Shown here: piece after piece, positions 1 to 13,070 of the stretch
Layout: each line of letters opens with the position of its first letter
Numbering within the stretch: position 1 is the stretch's first letter
NCBI RefSeq assembly: GCF_009914755.1
Contig: NC_060926.1
Source: the human T2T-CHM13v2.0 reference genome, Homo sapiens
DNA length: 64,000 nucleotides
Strand: one strand, 5' to 3'
The notes under the pieces: generated by a model
What the model was told of the DNA's origin: nothing
The model's input: the letters and a program-made list of their open reading frames with translations, nothing else
The model's database searches: none
Translations under genes and position numbers: made by a program

Positions 1-70
1 GCGACAGAGAGATCGCACCACTACACTCCAGCCTGGGCGACAGAGAGAGACTCCGTCTCAAAAAAAAAAA
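1..70 (+). mobile_element. Alu 3' end with poly(A), inserted in the ERV internal region
   Basis: gagatcgcaccactacactccagcctgggcgacagag..gactccgtctc followed by an A tail. Confidence 0.92.
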
Positions 71-91
71 GAATAAGGATGAAAATCGATC

Positions 92-238
92 TTAACTGCT
101 TTCTGCCGACAGAGGGCACTGTTTTGGGAAAACGGCAGTCCGGCAGTCAGAGCTCCCCCAGAGGCCTATTTAGTCGTTCCCTGCAGATGGGGCCATTCTC
201 TGAGGCTCCAGTTACATGACCATTTGCAGTTTGATGGC
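92..238 (-). pseudogene. Degenerate ERV env cytoplasmic-tail coding remnant
   Basis: Minus-strand translation AIKLQMVM*LEPQRM...ICRERLNRP...SAESS* (with frameshifts) resembles the HERV-W/ERV1 env tail AVKLQMEP..YRRPLDRP..SAGSS*. Confidence 0.6.
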
Positions 239-3200
239 CTAAGGGCAAGAACAGACAAACTGGATTATTATAAAACATGTATCAAAATGAAACAAGAGGA
301 GGTGTAAAGACAGCTCAAAAGTTCTGGGGCCTTTTAAGAGATTGCATGGGGAGAGGGAGGCTAACCTGACCGGAAAGAAACTGTACCCTTTTGCAGGCAT
401 GCTGAGCTTCTGAGTTCCCTTCCTCGGAGCCCCATCCTAAGCCAAACAGTTTAAGGTTTGGGAAATTAACTCTTTCCAGTTTGGAGAATGCATCTGAGGG
501 GAGTGTACCCTAGTACAGAGACAAAATTACCTATCAGTGAAGAGAGGACCAAGGAGAAGAAAGGAAAAAAAAGAAGATGTCTTTTAAAGGAGTCCCAGGG
601 GTTTAGGATGCATTCAGAGGGTACAGACTGAAGATGACTGGCTACCCATCTGGAAAGAGGGAAGCAGGCATCCCTGGTTACCTTCTCTTCCTAGCAGATA
701 CTCAGGTACATGAGGGAACGAGGGAAAAGCGTCCTCTTTCCCTCTTCCATCCTCACATCCCTGAGTCCTAGCAATCTTGGCAGGCACCACTATGAGTGTC
801 AAAGCGGCTTGCACCCATGAAGCAGGGGGGGCCTAGAGGTGGGAATCATCTGCTCTTACCCGCATGTGCCCCATCTCCCCTGCTGTCAGTAGCCTTCGGG
901 TTCCCCAGACCTTATTTATGCCATGGATGCTAATGTGGCCTTTATCCATGAAACAGGAAGCTTGGGCTTGACTTAATTGACAGGAATCAGCTACACTAAA
1001 CTGTGCTGTGCTTTTAATTTCCATTATTGTCTGCCTCTGGATCCCTCAGATCCAGTTTGCTTTCCTAGGGCTCTGACCTGAAGCTTGGAATTGCGTCTAA
1101 AACAAAAATGTGTCTCAGGGGAGTTGCGTGGACTCCTTATCATAAGCCGAATGCTAAGATGCAACTGGGGAACTGAGTTCATCCTCCAACAAGGGAGAGA
1201 AAAAGATGTCTTGTGACACACTCAGATAACTGGTATCTATAGTTATGCTAGCTAGAATTTGGGTGCATGCTGCTTGGCTTTGGATAGCTCCCTTGGTCTT
1301 GCTTTCCCAAAAGGAAACCTCCAACTGATGGACATCCTATTTATTCCCTATTTATTCCATCACCTGACAGGATTTGCAGGATAATTGCTCAGAACTAGAA
1401 TATTGATCCAGATTTCTACATTACCCATCCCTATTGTTCTTTCTGAGCTGCAGCCAGAGATTGCTGGTTGGTTCATAGGAACAAGCAAGGTTAGTGTAAA
1501 AATGTAGGCAAAAACTTAAAAACCACCAATGAGTTTAGAATTTAATGACAAATGTATGATACGTTTTTAAACATAATTTCTCTCTCTCTCTCCAGTCCTC
1601 ACTTTTGTTAAAAGAACCAATTATAATAGGACTGAGTTTTTTGCAAAATAGACTTTAGTCTTATACTTGGCCTGATTATTTGCATAAAGTAGAGCAAGAA
1701 TAATTATTTCTACATAGACCTTTTGGATTGGCTTTGATGAAACTCTGTTCCACGAGGAATCTCAGGTAAGACCTTTTAAAGCCAAACCGAGCCATGGGTC
1801 TATTCTCAAATACCTGTGAGTTCGTTGATGCTCTCCTCTTAAGGTTCCAAGATAAATTTGGAGCTCCTGGACCTGTTAGAAAGCGACATTCTTTACTGAC
1901 CACAGGTCAGGAACCCTGTACAGGGACTCTGTAGATGAGGATATGAGCCCAGTCTCCCCACAGGGCTTTCACTGACTTCCAAGTCAAGATTAACTCCTTA
2001 AAGGGAAGCATAACCTTCCAGTCAAAGCCTTGGTGAAACTACCTGTTTCTCCATTTGTGTCCTGTTGCAAAAGAAAAACGGATTCTTATTGCACTGATGC
2101 AAACAACTATATTGCCATAATTTAAGAATATTCACAGACAGCTTCCAAATTCTAGAGGAAACAGGCAGAGAAACAAACATGCTCCAAATTTTGTTGACAG
2201 GAGTACACCTTACTCAATTATTGAAGCCATAAATAGCTCAAAATAAGTTTCCTGACTCTGAAGAACAAAACAAGGATCAGCAATATTCCAAGCAAAAGTC
2301 AAAAAGATTTGCTTCAGCTTTTTGAGTTCAGTCCATTTAGTTAACTTTGGTTTTGCTTGATATTCATGAACACTTACAGCTCTTCATGAGTCCTGTACAT
2401 TTTCCTTTATTCCAACTTTACAATCTCCAAAGTTATCAGAAGTCTGTACTTGAGAGCACCTGTTAAAGTTCTACAGCTTATCATAAACCATCTTTTAAAA
2501 AGGATTAAAACAAGACAACAACTGTCTGTGAATAGCAAAATGTCCAGGGTAGTTACAGTTAGAAACACAATTGACAAAAAAGTTTGGTTATCTCAGTGGT
2601 TTACAATAACTTAATATAACAACCTTAATTATGATTGATAACATATATGATTGATATAGACTTTAGGATGTTAGAAATCCCATACGATTTTGGAATATTT
2701 ATTAGCATTATTTACTAAGATATAACCTAAAGAAGATTGAACATTATTTTGGCAATTTCATGTAACGAAACCTGTCAAATAATCCTGTTTACCTTTCTTT
2801 TCTGGACGTTCCCAGGGCCCTCTGGACTATCCGAAATGCCAAGTTCCAGGAAAGACAATTTTGAAGCTGAAGTTTGATTTTGGGAAGGCTGTTAAATATG
2901 TTTAGTTTAAAACACTTGATATTATGAAACAGAATTCCAGATTACCATACATTATTTATTTTGCCAAAATGATGACTCAGAAATTTAAAGAAGCCAAAAC
3001 TTTTCCTAACCTTATGAATTTAGTTAATATGTTCACAAAGAGAACCTCTTTCGCAAGATTAATTTCCACAATGCTTCCACCAACTGTTTGAACCTTTAGC
3101 TTTTCCTATCTGACTCAAAACAATTTTTAACCCTAGGCAAAAGTTTACGTTTCCATGCCTTTTTATATGCTTTTACATAAAAAAAAAATTCACTGTTCTT

Positions 3201-3540
3201 ATACACCTTGCATGTAAATCTATTTTCAGTAGTTTCAATTACATGTTATAATGGTAACTCCTAGCAATTTTTAACTTTAATTTAAAACCTGGTAAGTTAC
3301 TTTGTGTGCTAACTGCAGCTAACATCCACCTCCTTAATGGAGGACGTGGTTAGTTCCGTATGTCCCCAGGCCTTACCAGTTGTGAAGCTGGTGAGTCAAA
3401 TAGTTTTCAAAACCTAAAAAGCAGTTTCTCAAAACACTTAGGAAACCTTGCCTCTGACCTACATAGTGTAGTTCACCTATTTACATTTTAATGACACCTG
3501 CATTTTACCAATAATCTTAAAGGCTGTTTTTACTTCTTAA

Positions 3541-3855
<315 letters not shown>

Positions 3856-4631
3856 TGCACTTGTTTTTCTTTAGGTCAAATTAATTAGAGCTATTTTTAC
3901 AGACATTACATACAACATACACACAGACAGGCAGGAGAAAACCCAGTCCCCAGGTGGGGCTTGGAAAACATGCAGATATCAAACCAAAAAGGAACTTAGC
4001 CCCTAAGCTAGGATTGCTAAACAATGCCTTGCCACCAGAGTTACAAGCCACGCCCCCAGGATGTAGAACAAGATGGAGGCTTGATTTCACAACCAAAACT
4101 TTGCAGAGAATACAAACAGTGATAGTTGAGGAGGGGGAGTGGTTTAGTTAAGCATCTTTTAAAAGGGAAAAAACATTAAAAGTTACTGCTGATGGGGTAC
4201 AGAAGGGGAAGGAAAAAAAAAACAGTATAAAAATGCCTGGAGTAGATCCAATTTTTCGGATCTCTTGTTTATATGCAGGTGGTTCCTCCACCAGGGAGAC
4301 AAATTTAATTGCTGTGGGGCAAAGCTGGCCTCCCTGGCCTGGGAAGGAGGAGACTCCTTGGGCACATTGCAGAAAATGCCAGCCAGCTGCTCCTGGCACC
4401 TTGGGCCATGGATTCCAGTCCCAGCAGGCAGCAGGGAGCAGCGATGAGCCACTCACCTCACCAGTCTTGTCCCAAAAGGGAAAGGAAAAGGCCATGGAAA
4501 AGCTGCAGTTGGTTCCCGATCCCTGGGAGCAACAGTGGGTGGAGGTACAGTTTCCTCCACTCTCAGAAATCTCAGGATGAAAAGGCTCAAAAGGGAGAGG
4601 AAAAAATAACTCTCACTCACTACTTCTTGAG

Positions 4632-4649
4632 TCTCCACATTGCGTGCCA
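4632..4649 (-). promoter_or_regulatory. Degenerate primer-binding site of the provirus
   Basis: Minus strand TGGCACGCAATGTGGAGA, 4 nt after the LTR terminal CA; 13/18 match to the tRNA-Lys-type PBS TGGCGCCCAACGTGGGGC (tRNA identity uncertain). Confidence 0.5.
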
Positions 4650-4653
4650 TAAA

Positions 4654-4999
4654 TGTCACAGGGCTTTTCCTTAGTTCAGCTAAAGATGGGGTCCTTTGTT
4701 TCACGGCCCTGAAAATTCAGGCTCACAGACAATTTAAATGGTGAGTAAGACCGGGTTTTATTGGGTGAAGAGGGGAAAAGTGGGGGGGGAAACAGGGATC
4801 CTCCACAAGGCCAGAGTTCCTGCTACAGTGCTTCCCACCTGCAGCTTGAATCCCAGGTTCCACACAGGAAGAGAAGGGGCCAGGTCCTCCCGGCTGCAAA
4901 GCGTGCAAACTTCCTGAGGCTCCACCCCAGCGCACATTCCTCCCAGTGCACATCCTGGTTGAAGTTTTACCGGGGACGCCCTCCCACCTGGCTGTCTCA
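4654..4999 (-). mobile_element. MER61A-like LTR (5' LTR of the provirus)
   Basis: Minus strand begins TGAGACAGCCAGGTGGGAGGG and ends TTTAGCTGAACTAAGGAAAAGCCCTGTGACA; TG..CA termini; CCAATAAAA poly(A) signal. Confidence 0.8.
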
Positions 5000-5242
5000 A
5001 GAGGGCCAGGGGATTCCCTCTTGTTCCACCTTTGTGCTCTATTCAGGGCCTCACTGTATTGGTTTAAGCCCACCCACATTGAGGAAGGCAGTCTAATTCA
5101 CTTTCTCATCTATCAATTTAAGAGTTCATCTCTTGCAGAAACACCCTCTCAGGCACATGAAGAAATAATGCTTAACCAGCTATCTACCAGCTATCTGGGC
5201 ATCTTCTGATCCAATCAAGTTGACACATAAAATTAACTGTCA
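5000..5242 (-). mobile_element. MLT2 (ERVL) LTR, 5' part, split by the MER61 provirus
   Basis: Ends caagttgacacataaaattaactgtca, the reverse complement of the MLT2 start tgayggttaattttatgtgtcaacttg. Confidence 0.8.
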
Positions 5243-5505
5243 AAAAATCAAATGTATTTTTCTCACTGCATCCTCCTTGATATTTCTATATGGCATACAA
5301 ACAAACAGATACCAAATACCTAAGAATAAGCATTAGAAATGTTTTTATAATAGAAATGTTCAGACCTATATCTTAAAAAGTATTAAGGGGGATGAGAGAA
5401 AGATCGAATACACTGAGAAACTTTCAATGCTACTGAAAGAGAAGACAATGTGGAAGAGCTATGTTCAACGTTTTGAATTAATTAAATCATTTTTAAAATT
5501 TTGCT

Positions 5506-5774
5506 GGCCGGGTGCAGTGGCTCACACCTGTAATCCCAGCACTTTGGGAGGCCAAGGCAGGCAGATCATGAGGTCAGGAGTTCGAGACCAGCCTGACCAA
5601 CATGGTGAAACCCCATCTCTACTAAAAAAGTGTGTGCCTTTAGTCTCAGCTGCTCAGGAGACTGAGACAGGAGAATCGCTTGAACCCAGGAAGCAGAGGT
5701 TACAGTGACCCAAGATTGGGTCACTGCACTCCAGCCTAGGTTATAGAGTGGGACTCCATCTCAAAAAAAAAAAA
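5506..5774 (+). mobile_element. AluS (Sg-like) with a ~25-nt deletion at the middle A-rich linker
   Basis: ggccgggtgcagtggctcac...ctctactaaaaaag|tgtgtgcct...poly(A). Confidence 0.9.
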
Positions 5775-5790
5775 TTACTTAAAATTCCAA

Positions 5791-6140
5791 GTGTCTTAGT
5801 CAATTTGGGCTGCTACAACAAAGTATCCTAGATTGGGTGGCTTATAAACAAGACATTTATTTCCCATGGTTCTGAAGGCTGGAAGTTCAAGAGCAGGGTG
5901 CCAGCCTGGTTGGATTCTAGTGAGAACTCTCTTGTGGGTTACAGATTGCAGGCATTCCATTGTATCCTCACATGGTAGAAAGAGCACCAGAGAGCCTTCT
6001 GGTGTCCCTTTTATAATGACACTAACCCAGTTCATGAGGGCTCCATCCTCATTCCCTAATTGCCTCCCACAGTTCCCGCCTCCTAATACTATTGCATTGG
6101 AAGTTAGGATTTCTTTTGAGGCAAAACATTTAGTCCAGTG
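5791..6140 (-). mobile_element. MLT1A/B-type MaLR LTR
   Basis: gtcttagtc..gggctgctacaacaaa..gggtggcttataaacaa..ggctggaagttcaag MaLR motifs. Confidence 0.75.
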
Positions 6141-6705
6141 CACCAAATATAGTTTTGTCATTGTCCAAGTGTATTTTAATTTGAAAAAAAAAAGATAATA
6201 TGTTTATTCTGGAATATTTAATGCTGAAAAACATGCATTAGAATATTTAATATGAAAATTTTGAAATAAAAGTAAAATACAGTTAGTAACATTGAAATTA
6301 CATTATATAGCTATGCTATAGTGATTAATAGAAAACGGTAATTTTATAAAAAATAGTCAGTTTCATGTGAGGCAATAGATATCAAAGAAAAAATCCCCTC
6401 TACTGAGGATTTTATGTTGGTTACAACTTACTTTGATAGCAAAATGATATTTTTTTCTTATAAATGGTACAAAAACTATACATTTTGGGAAAATAATAAA
6501 AGATATCTCTACTTCCTGAAGTATGCCAAATAAACCTCAAACACATTTAATATTGAAATGTAAAATGTAACCCTAAATAATGTTCTGAAATAATAACACG
6601 AGAAAAACTATGGTAATTTGTGATGGAGTAGACATGACATCAGTATGTGTATATGTACACATATTTATTTATATAATGCACATGCATATGTACACATATA
6701 TATGT

Positions 6706-7500
6706 GGTCATATAGTGCCTAACAATCTTTTGGTCAACAACGGACTGCATATACAATGGTAGTCCCATAAGATTATAATGGAGCTGAAAATTTCCCATCA
6801 CCTAGTGATGTTGTAGCTATTGTAACATCACAGTGCAATACATTACTCATGTGTTTGTGGTAACACTGGTGTAAACAAACCTACAGCTCTGCCTGTTACA
6901 CAAGAGTATAGCACATACAATTATGTATAGTACATAATACTTTGTAATGATAATAAACTACTGTTACTGGTGTATATATTTACTATACTGTACTTTTTCA
7001 GTTATTTTAGAGTGTATGCCTTCTACTTATTAAAAAACATTAACTGTAAAACCACATCAGGCAGGATCTTCATGAAGTGTTCCAAGAAAAGGCATTGGTC
7101 TAGGAGATGACATTTCCATGTGTGTTATTGCCCCTGACGGCTCTCCAGTAGGAAAAGATGTGCAGGTAAAAGACAGTAATATTGAAGATCCTCACTCTAG
7201 GTCTAGGCTAATGTGTGTGTTTGTGTCTTAGTTTTTAACAAAAATGTTTAAAAAGTAAAAAAAAAAAATACTAAATTTAAAAAGCTTATATAAAGAAAAT
7301 ACATTTGTACAGCTGTAATGTGTTTGTGTTTTAAACTGTTACTACAAAAGAGTCAAAAAGTTAAAAAATATTTAAATGTTTACAAAGTAAAAATGTTAGA
7401 ATAGGCTAAGTTTAATGTATTATTGAAGAAACAAAAATATTTTAAATAAATTTAGTAAAGTCTAAATGCACACTATTTATGAAATCTACCTCAATGTACA
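6706..7500 (+). mobile_element. Tigger3 (MER7/GOLEM) DNA transposon fragment
   Basis: ggtcaacaacggactgcatatacaatggtagtcccataagattataatggagctgaaaa matches the recalled Tigger3 consensus. Confidence 0.8.
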
Positions 7501-7892
7501 CCACATGTTACAGAAACCACGTTACTATACTGAATACTGTAGAGTTAATTGTAGCACAATGGTAAATATTTATGTATCTAAAAATAGAAAATTACAGTAA
7601 AAATATAATATAAAAGATTTTTTAAAAAGGTATACCTGTATAGGGCACTACCATGAACAGAGCTTGTAGGACCGGAAGTTGTCCTGGGTGAGTCAGTGAG
7701 TGAATAGTGAGTGAATGTGATGGCTTAAGATATTACTGCACATTGCTATAGGTTTCATAAACACTGTATACTTAGGCTTCACTACATTTATTAAAATATT
7801 TTTGTTTCTTTAATGATACACTAGTCTTAGCTTACTATAACTTTTTTACTTTGTAAACATTTAAATTTTTTTTTTAACTTTTTGACTGTTTT
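7501..7892 (-). mobile_element. Tigger3 fragment in opposite orientation
   Basis: gggtgagtcagtgagtgaatagtgagtgaatgtg and acctgtatagggcact are the reverse complement of distal Tigger3b; 7750-7892 is the reverse complement of 7345-7490. Confidence 0.75.
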
Positions 7893-10303
7893 GAAGGAAC
7901 TGGCAGGCTGCAACCTACACCTTGAGTCAGGCAAACAGCTAGAATACCCCAGAATGTGAGAAGGGGAGATACTGCTTCTGGGATACACACCCCCACCAGG
8001 GAGCCTGAAAGTCCAGGCCATGGGTCAAGACCTTAACCCTACCCAGCACAGGAGCCAATGTGGGGAGGCGCATGGAACATAAAAGTGGAGCATCTGCAGA
8101 AAGACTCCTGTGTGCACTCTCAGTCTCCAGCACAGACATAGGGAACCCATTCCTTATTGTTCTTCACAGGGGACCCAGTGGTGATCACACAAACAGTTCC
8201 AGCAGTGGTCACAGGTTAAAGGAAGCCCGCAAGTGGATTTCACAATATAACTTCAGGTGGGGACAAATCCCCTTGGGCAGGGGGGGAAAGAAGAGGGTGA
8301 GGGTGGGGGCAAGAGGTGAGTAAAAAAGCAGGCTGCAGCCAGCAGTGCAAAAGCTGGGCACTTGACTTTGCCAGCAGAGAGGGAGGGTCATGGTCTGAAA
8401 GCCATGGCTGCTATCTCTGTGGGCAAAGCTTATGACCTGGGACACTTGCAAGTTTTCAGTGCACGCTACCTGGAACTTAGCCTGCTGCTGTGAGTGGAAC
8501 ATTGTAGGAGTGGATCTGCCTCACCAAGTGCGTGGGATGTGTGTGAGGCCTACTGCTGCCTGCTCCTCTACACTCCCTGCACGAACTCTTCTGTGCAGCA
8601 GAGGCAGCAATGCTCCCATCAAGAACATCAACCTAGCGGCCTAAGAAATGCCCCTGTCTGTCCCCCTGTCCCCAACACCCACTATGGCTGCTGGCTGCCT
8701 TGCACACAGAGTGTCAGAGTGCAAACCTGCCTGACCCGGCCCCACCTGACTTTGTGCCACCTCCTGCCCTGGTAGCTTAACACAAAGGACAGAAACTTTT
8801 GGGAGCTATATGGTCCTGCCCATTGCCAGAGAAATCACTCTATTTCCCACCCACTCCCCTCTCCCCACCCAGCAACATAAGGCAAACAAAAACCCCACTG
8901 TGACTACGGCAGCCGATATCTCATAATTGGAGGCCAACCAATGAAGTCCATTATAGCATCTCCTGGTAGAAAAACACTGAGCCCATGAAGGAAAAAAAAA
9001 AAAAAAAAATGGACGACTCTGTAACCTTAGCTATCACCATTCCCTGCACCACTCTGGCGAACAAGGAGTTCCTGAGTTCATCTATGTGACCAGTTCATTA
9101 CTACTATAATCAGAACTTGAAAAAGCCAACATAGTAAGCTATTTACAACCAGGGAATCTCACAGAGTCTACAGCACTCCCCTGCCATTCCCATTAAAGCT
9201 GATGCTGCTATCCACTGTGGGGAAGACTTGAGGACAGGTCACATCACTGAATCTCCTGTAGACAATCACCCGCACCAGCATGGAGTGTGGCAACTTCACT
9301 GGGCAGCTAGACACAGAGGAGCAACAACATTCACAGTAGTCTGGATCCTGGGGACTTTCTCTCCTAGAGGAAGGGAGAGTGTACCACATCAGGAGAGCAC
9401 CCCATGAGAAAAAATAATCTGGACAGCAGGCCTTGAGCATCAGATCTTTCCACTGGTGGAAAGTTTCTCTCAACAGAGACAGTTGCAGTGCTGAGCTCAG
9501 CGGGGAACAACTGCAGCTCTAACCCAACAGACAGCCATGGTGTACGTGAAGGGTCTTGGAGAAAGGAATGTCTTTTCCCCATTGCCCACCACTGCAGGCA
9601 CAATTGGGGCTTCTCCTATGGGAGCTTGGCATGGGTGCAACTATAGACAGCCTTTTTGGAACATGTCAGGGTGACTGCATTCTCACAGGAGGAGCACCCT
9701 CCAGGTTCAGGCTGGCATGAGACAGAGTGACAGTTCCTCTCTACTTGGAACATCAACATTCCTACAGATGAAAAGAGGTGCCTGGCTGATCTGACTAGCT
9801 GGAGCACTGGAATAGGAATGTGTCTGAGAGGAGGATTGCTTTCCTCCTTGCCTCACAGGGGAGCTGAGGTGGCTCCAACCCTTCCCCCTGATAAGACCTC
9901 AGTGTGACTCACTGAGAGCTCCTCCAGTCACCTCCGTCAAGGCTGAAACCTCTGCCCACGACTGGGTATTACATATACTTACTTGCTTTAGCCACAACAA
10001 ATTCCTACCCAGGGTTATCTTCCCTACTGGTCTGAAGCCTGAACCACCAAACCAGTAAATAAAATATTGAGGAAAATTACATAAATAAAAAAGCGCACAC
10101 CACAGGGGAATGAGGTAAATTTCAAGAGACATTTACCATTCCAACTCTATAAGAGACAGCGAACTTGCTCACACACTGAGCCCATTGCTACCACAACTAG
10201 CAAATGAGAAAGCCAACCTACAAGGACTATTTATAATCAAGGCACTCTAACAGAGACTTCATCCCTGAAAGCATGAAGAATCAAATTAGGCTATAATTAA
10301 CTA
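7893..10303 (+). mobile_element. Old primate L1 (L1PB-type) 5' UTR region
   Basis: GC-richer stretch with L1PB-like 5' UTR character, adjacent to an L1PB ORF2 and 3' end. Confidence 0.6.
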
Positions 10304-10435
10304 TAAGAATTATTGAGATCATCATGTGATTTTTTTTTTAGTTAACTATAGCCTAATTTGTTTCTTGATGCTTTCAGGGGTGAAGACTCTGTAAGAGTGC
10401 CTTGGTTATAAACAATCTTTGTAGAACGGCTTTCT

Positions 10436-12570
10436 ACAAAATTCAGCATCCTTTATGATTAAAAGCCTCAGCAAAATCGGCATACAAGGTACATATCTTA
10501 ATGTAATAAAAGCCATCTATGACAAACTCACAGCCAACATAATACTGAACAAGGAAAAGTTGTTGAAAGCATCCCCACCTGTGAACTGGAACAAGACAAG
10601 GATGCCCACTGTCACCACTTCTATGCCTCATAGTAATGGAAGTCCTAGCCAGAGCAATCAGACAAGAACAAGAAATAAAGGGCATTCAAATTGGTAAAAA
10701 GGAAGTCAAATTGTCACTGTTTGCTGATGATATGATTGTCTACCTAGAAAACCCTAAAGACTCCGCCAAAAGTCTCCTATAACTGATAAATGAATTCAGC
10801 AAAGTTTCAGGATACAAAATTAATGCACACAAATCAGTAACTCTTCTATACACCAACAGCAACCAAGGAAAACTACAAAACACTGCTGGAAGAAATCATA
10901 GATGACACAAACAAATGGAAACACTTCCCATGCTCACAGGTGAGTAGAATTAATATTGTGAAAATGACCATACTGCCAAAAGCAATCAACAAACCCAATA
11001 AAACTCCCATCCAAATACCACCATCATTCTTCACAGAACTAAAAAAAAATCATAATATTCATATGGAACCAAAAAAAGAGCCCGCATAGCAAAGACTAAG
11101 CAAAGCAAGACTAAGCAAAAAGAACAAAGTTGGAGGCATCACATTACCTGACTTCAAACTATACTATAAGGGCATAGTCATCAAAACAGCATGGTACTGG
11201 TGTAAAAATAGGCACATGGACTAATGGAACAGAATAGAGAACCCAGAAAGGAAGTCAAATACTTACAGCCAACTGATCTCTGACAAAGCAAACAAAAGCA
11301 TAAAGTGGAGAAACGATACTATATTCAACAAATGGTGCTGGGATAACTGGCAAGCCAGATATAGAAGAATGAAACTGGATCCTCATCTCTCACCTTAAAC
11401 AAAAATCAACTCAAGATGAATCAAGGACTTAAATCTAAGGCCCGTAACCATAAAAATTCTAGAACATAATGTCATAAAAACCCTTCTAGACATTGGCTTA
11501 GGCAAAGACTTCATGACCAAGAACCCAAAAGCAAACAAAAACAAAGATGAACAGATGGTACTTAAACTAAAAAGCTTCTGCAATCAGCAAACAGACAACC
11601 CACTGAGTGGGAGAAAATGTTTACAATCTATACATCCATTAGAGGACTAGTATCCAGAATCTACAAGGAAGTCAAGTGAATCAGCAAGAAAAAAAAACAA
11701 ACAAACTGATCAAAAAGTGGGCTAATAATATGAATAAATAATTCTCAAAAGAAGATCTACAAATGGCCAACAAACATGAAAATACGCTCAACATCATTAA
11801 TCATCAGGGAAACACAATTTAAAATCACAATGAGATACTACCTTACTCCTGTAAGACTGGCCATTATAAAAAAGTCAAAAACAACAGATGTTGAGATGGA
11901 TGTGGGGAAAATAAAATGCTTATACACTGCTGGTGGGAATATGAATGAGTAGAACCTCTATGGAAAACAGTATGAAGATTCCTTAAAGAGCTAAATTAGA
12001 TCTACCAATTGATCCAACAATCCCACTACTGGGTATCTACCAAAAGGAAAAGAAGTCATTATATGAAAAAGACATTTGCATGCATATGTTCATAGCAGCA
12101 CAATTCACAATTGCAAAAAGGTGGAGCCAACCTAACTGCCCATTGACTAATGTGTGCATGAAGAAAATGTGGTATACATACACCATGAAATACTACTCAG
12201 CCATAAAAAGGAACAAAATAGTATCTTTTGCAGCAACTTGAATGGAGCTCGAGGCCGTTATTCTAAGCGAAGTAACACAGGAGTGGAAAATCCAAAACCG
12301 TATGTTCTCATTTGTAAGTGGAAGCTAAGCTATGAGTATTCAAAGGCACACAGAGTAACATAATGGACTTTAGAGACTCAGAAGCGGGAGAATGGGAGGG
12401 GGACTAGGAATTTAAAAACTACATATTATGTACAATGTGCACTACTCTGTACTATGTAGTAAAATGTACTAAAAGCTCAGAATTCATCACTATATAATTC
12501 ACCCATTTAACAAAGAACTTGTACCCCAAAAGCTATTGAAATAATTCTTTTTAAAAAATCAGTTAAATAA
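10436..12570 (+). mobile_element. L1PB (L1PB2/3-like) 3' half of ORF2 and 3' UTR, degenerate
   Basis: ORF2 peptide [15 protein letters not shown]; ctgtttgctgatgatatgattgtc (FADD motif); 3' UTR cagaattcatcactatataattc..gtaccccaaaagctattgaaat; ~110-bp deletion at caag|gaaaactac near 10867. Confidence 0.85.
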
Positions 12571-12809
12571 AATAACAAGAGAAATGTGTAAAGGATGTAT
12601 AAAGTTTACAATACAAAATGCCAAAATATATAAATATATACCTTTATTACTATACATGCATAAACATATACGAGTTAAATCTGCAATGGAATTTTTATCT
12701 GTCAAAATTGCAAAGATTAAAAAAACAAGAACTTGTGCTTGAATGTTCAGGATTCATGAACAGAATTCAAGAAAATTTGCTGATAATCAGTACAATGTGA
12801 AAATAGTTC

Positions 12810-13070
12810 CAATGAGCATAAATGGGTGAATGAATAAACAAAATGAGATATATTCTTACAATAGAATATTATCATTAAGCAACAAAACGGAATAAAGTAC
12901 TTATACATGTTATATCATGAGTGTACCCTGAAACCATTATGCTTAATAAATTAAACTAGACACAAAAGGCCACAACTGTATAATCCAATTAATATGATAT
13001 GTCCAGAAGAGTAAAATCTATAAAAACAGAAAGTAGACTAGTGGTTGTCAGGGACTGAGCTCAAGGAGTG
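12810..13070 (+). mobile_element. L1MB-type 3' end fragment
   Basis: ataaacaaaatg..gacacaaaaggccaca..cagaaagtagactagtggttgtcaggg. Confidence 0.65.

Noticed and set aside
4654-4999. p53 response element in the MER61 LTR
   Set aside because: Such sites are known for other MER61 subfamilies, but I see no paired RRRCWWGYYY decamers here.
4148-5209. Cluster of 80-120 aa ORFs
   Set aside because: Overlapping ORFs on both strands in GC-rich ERV leader and LTR sequence, with no recognisable domains.
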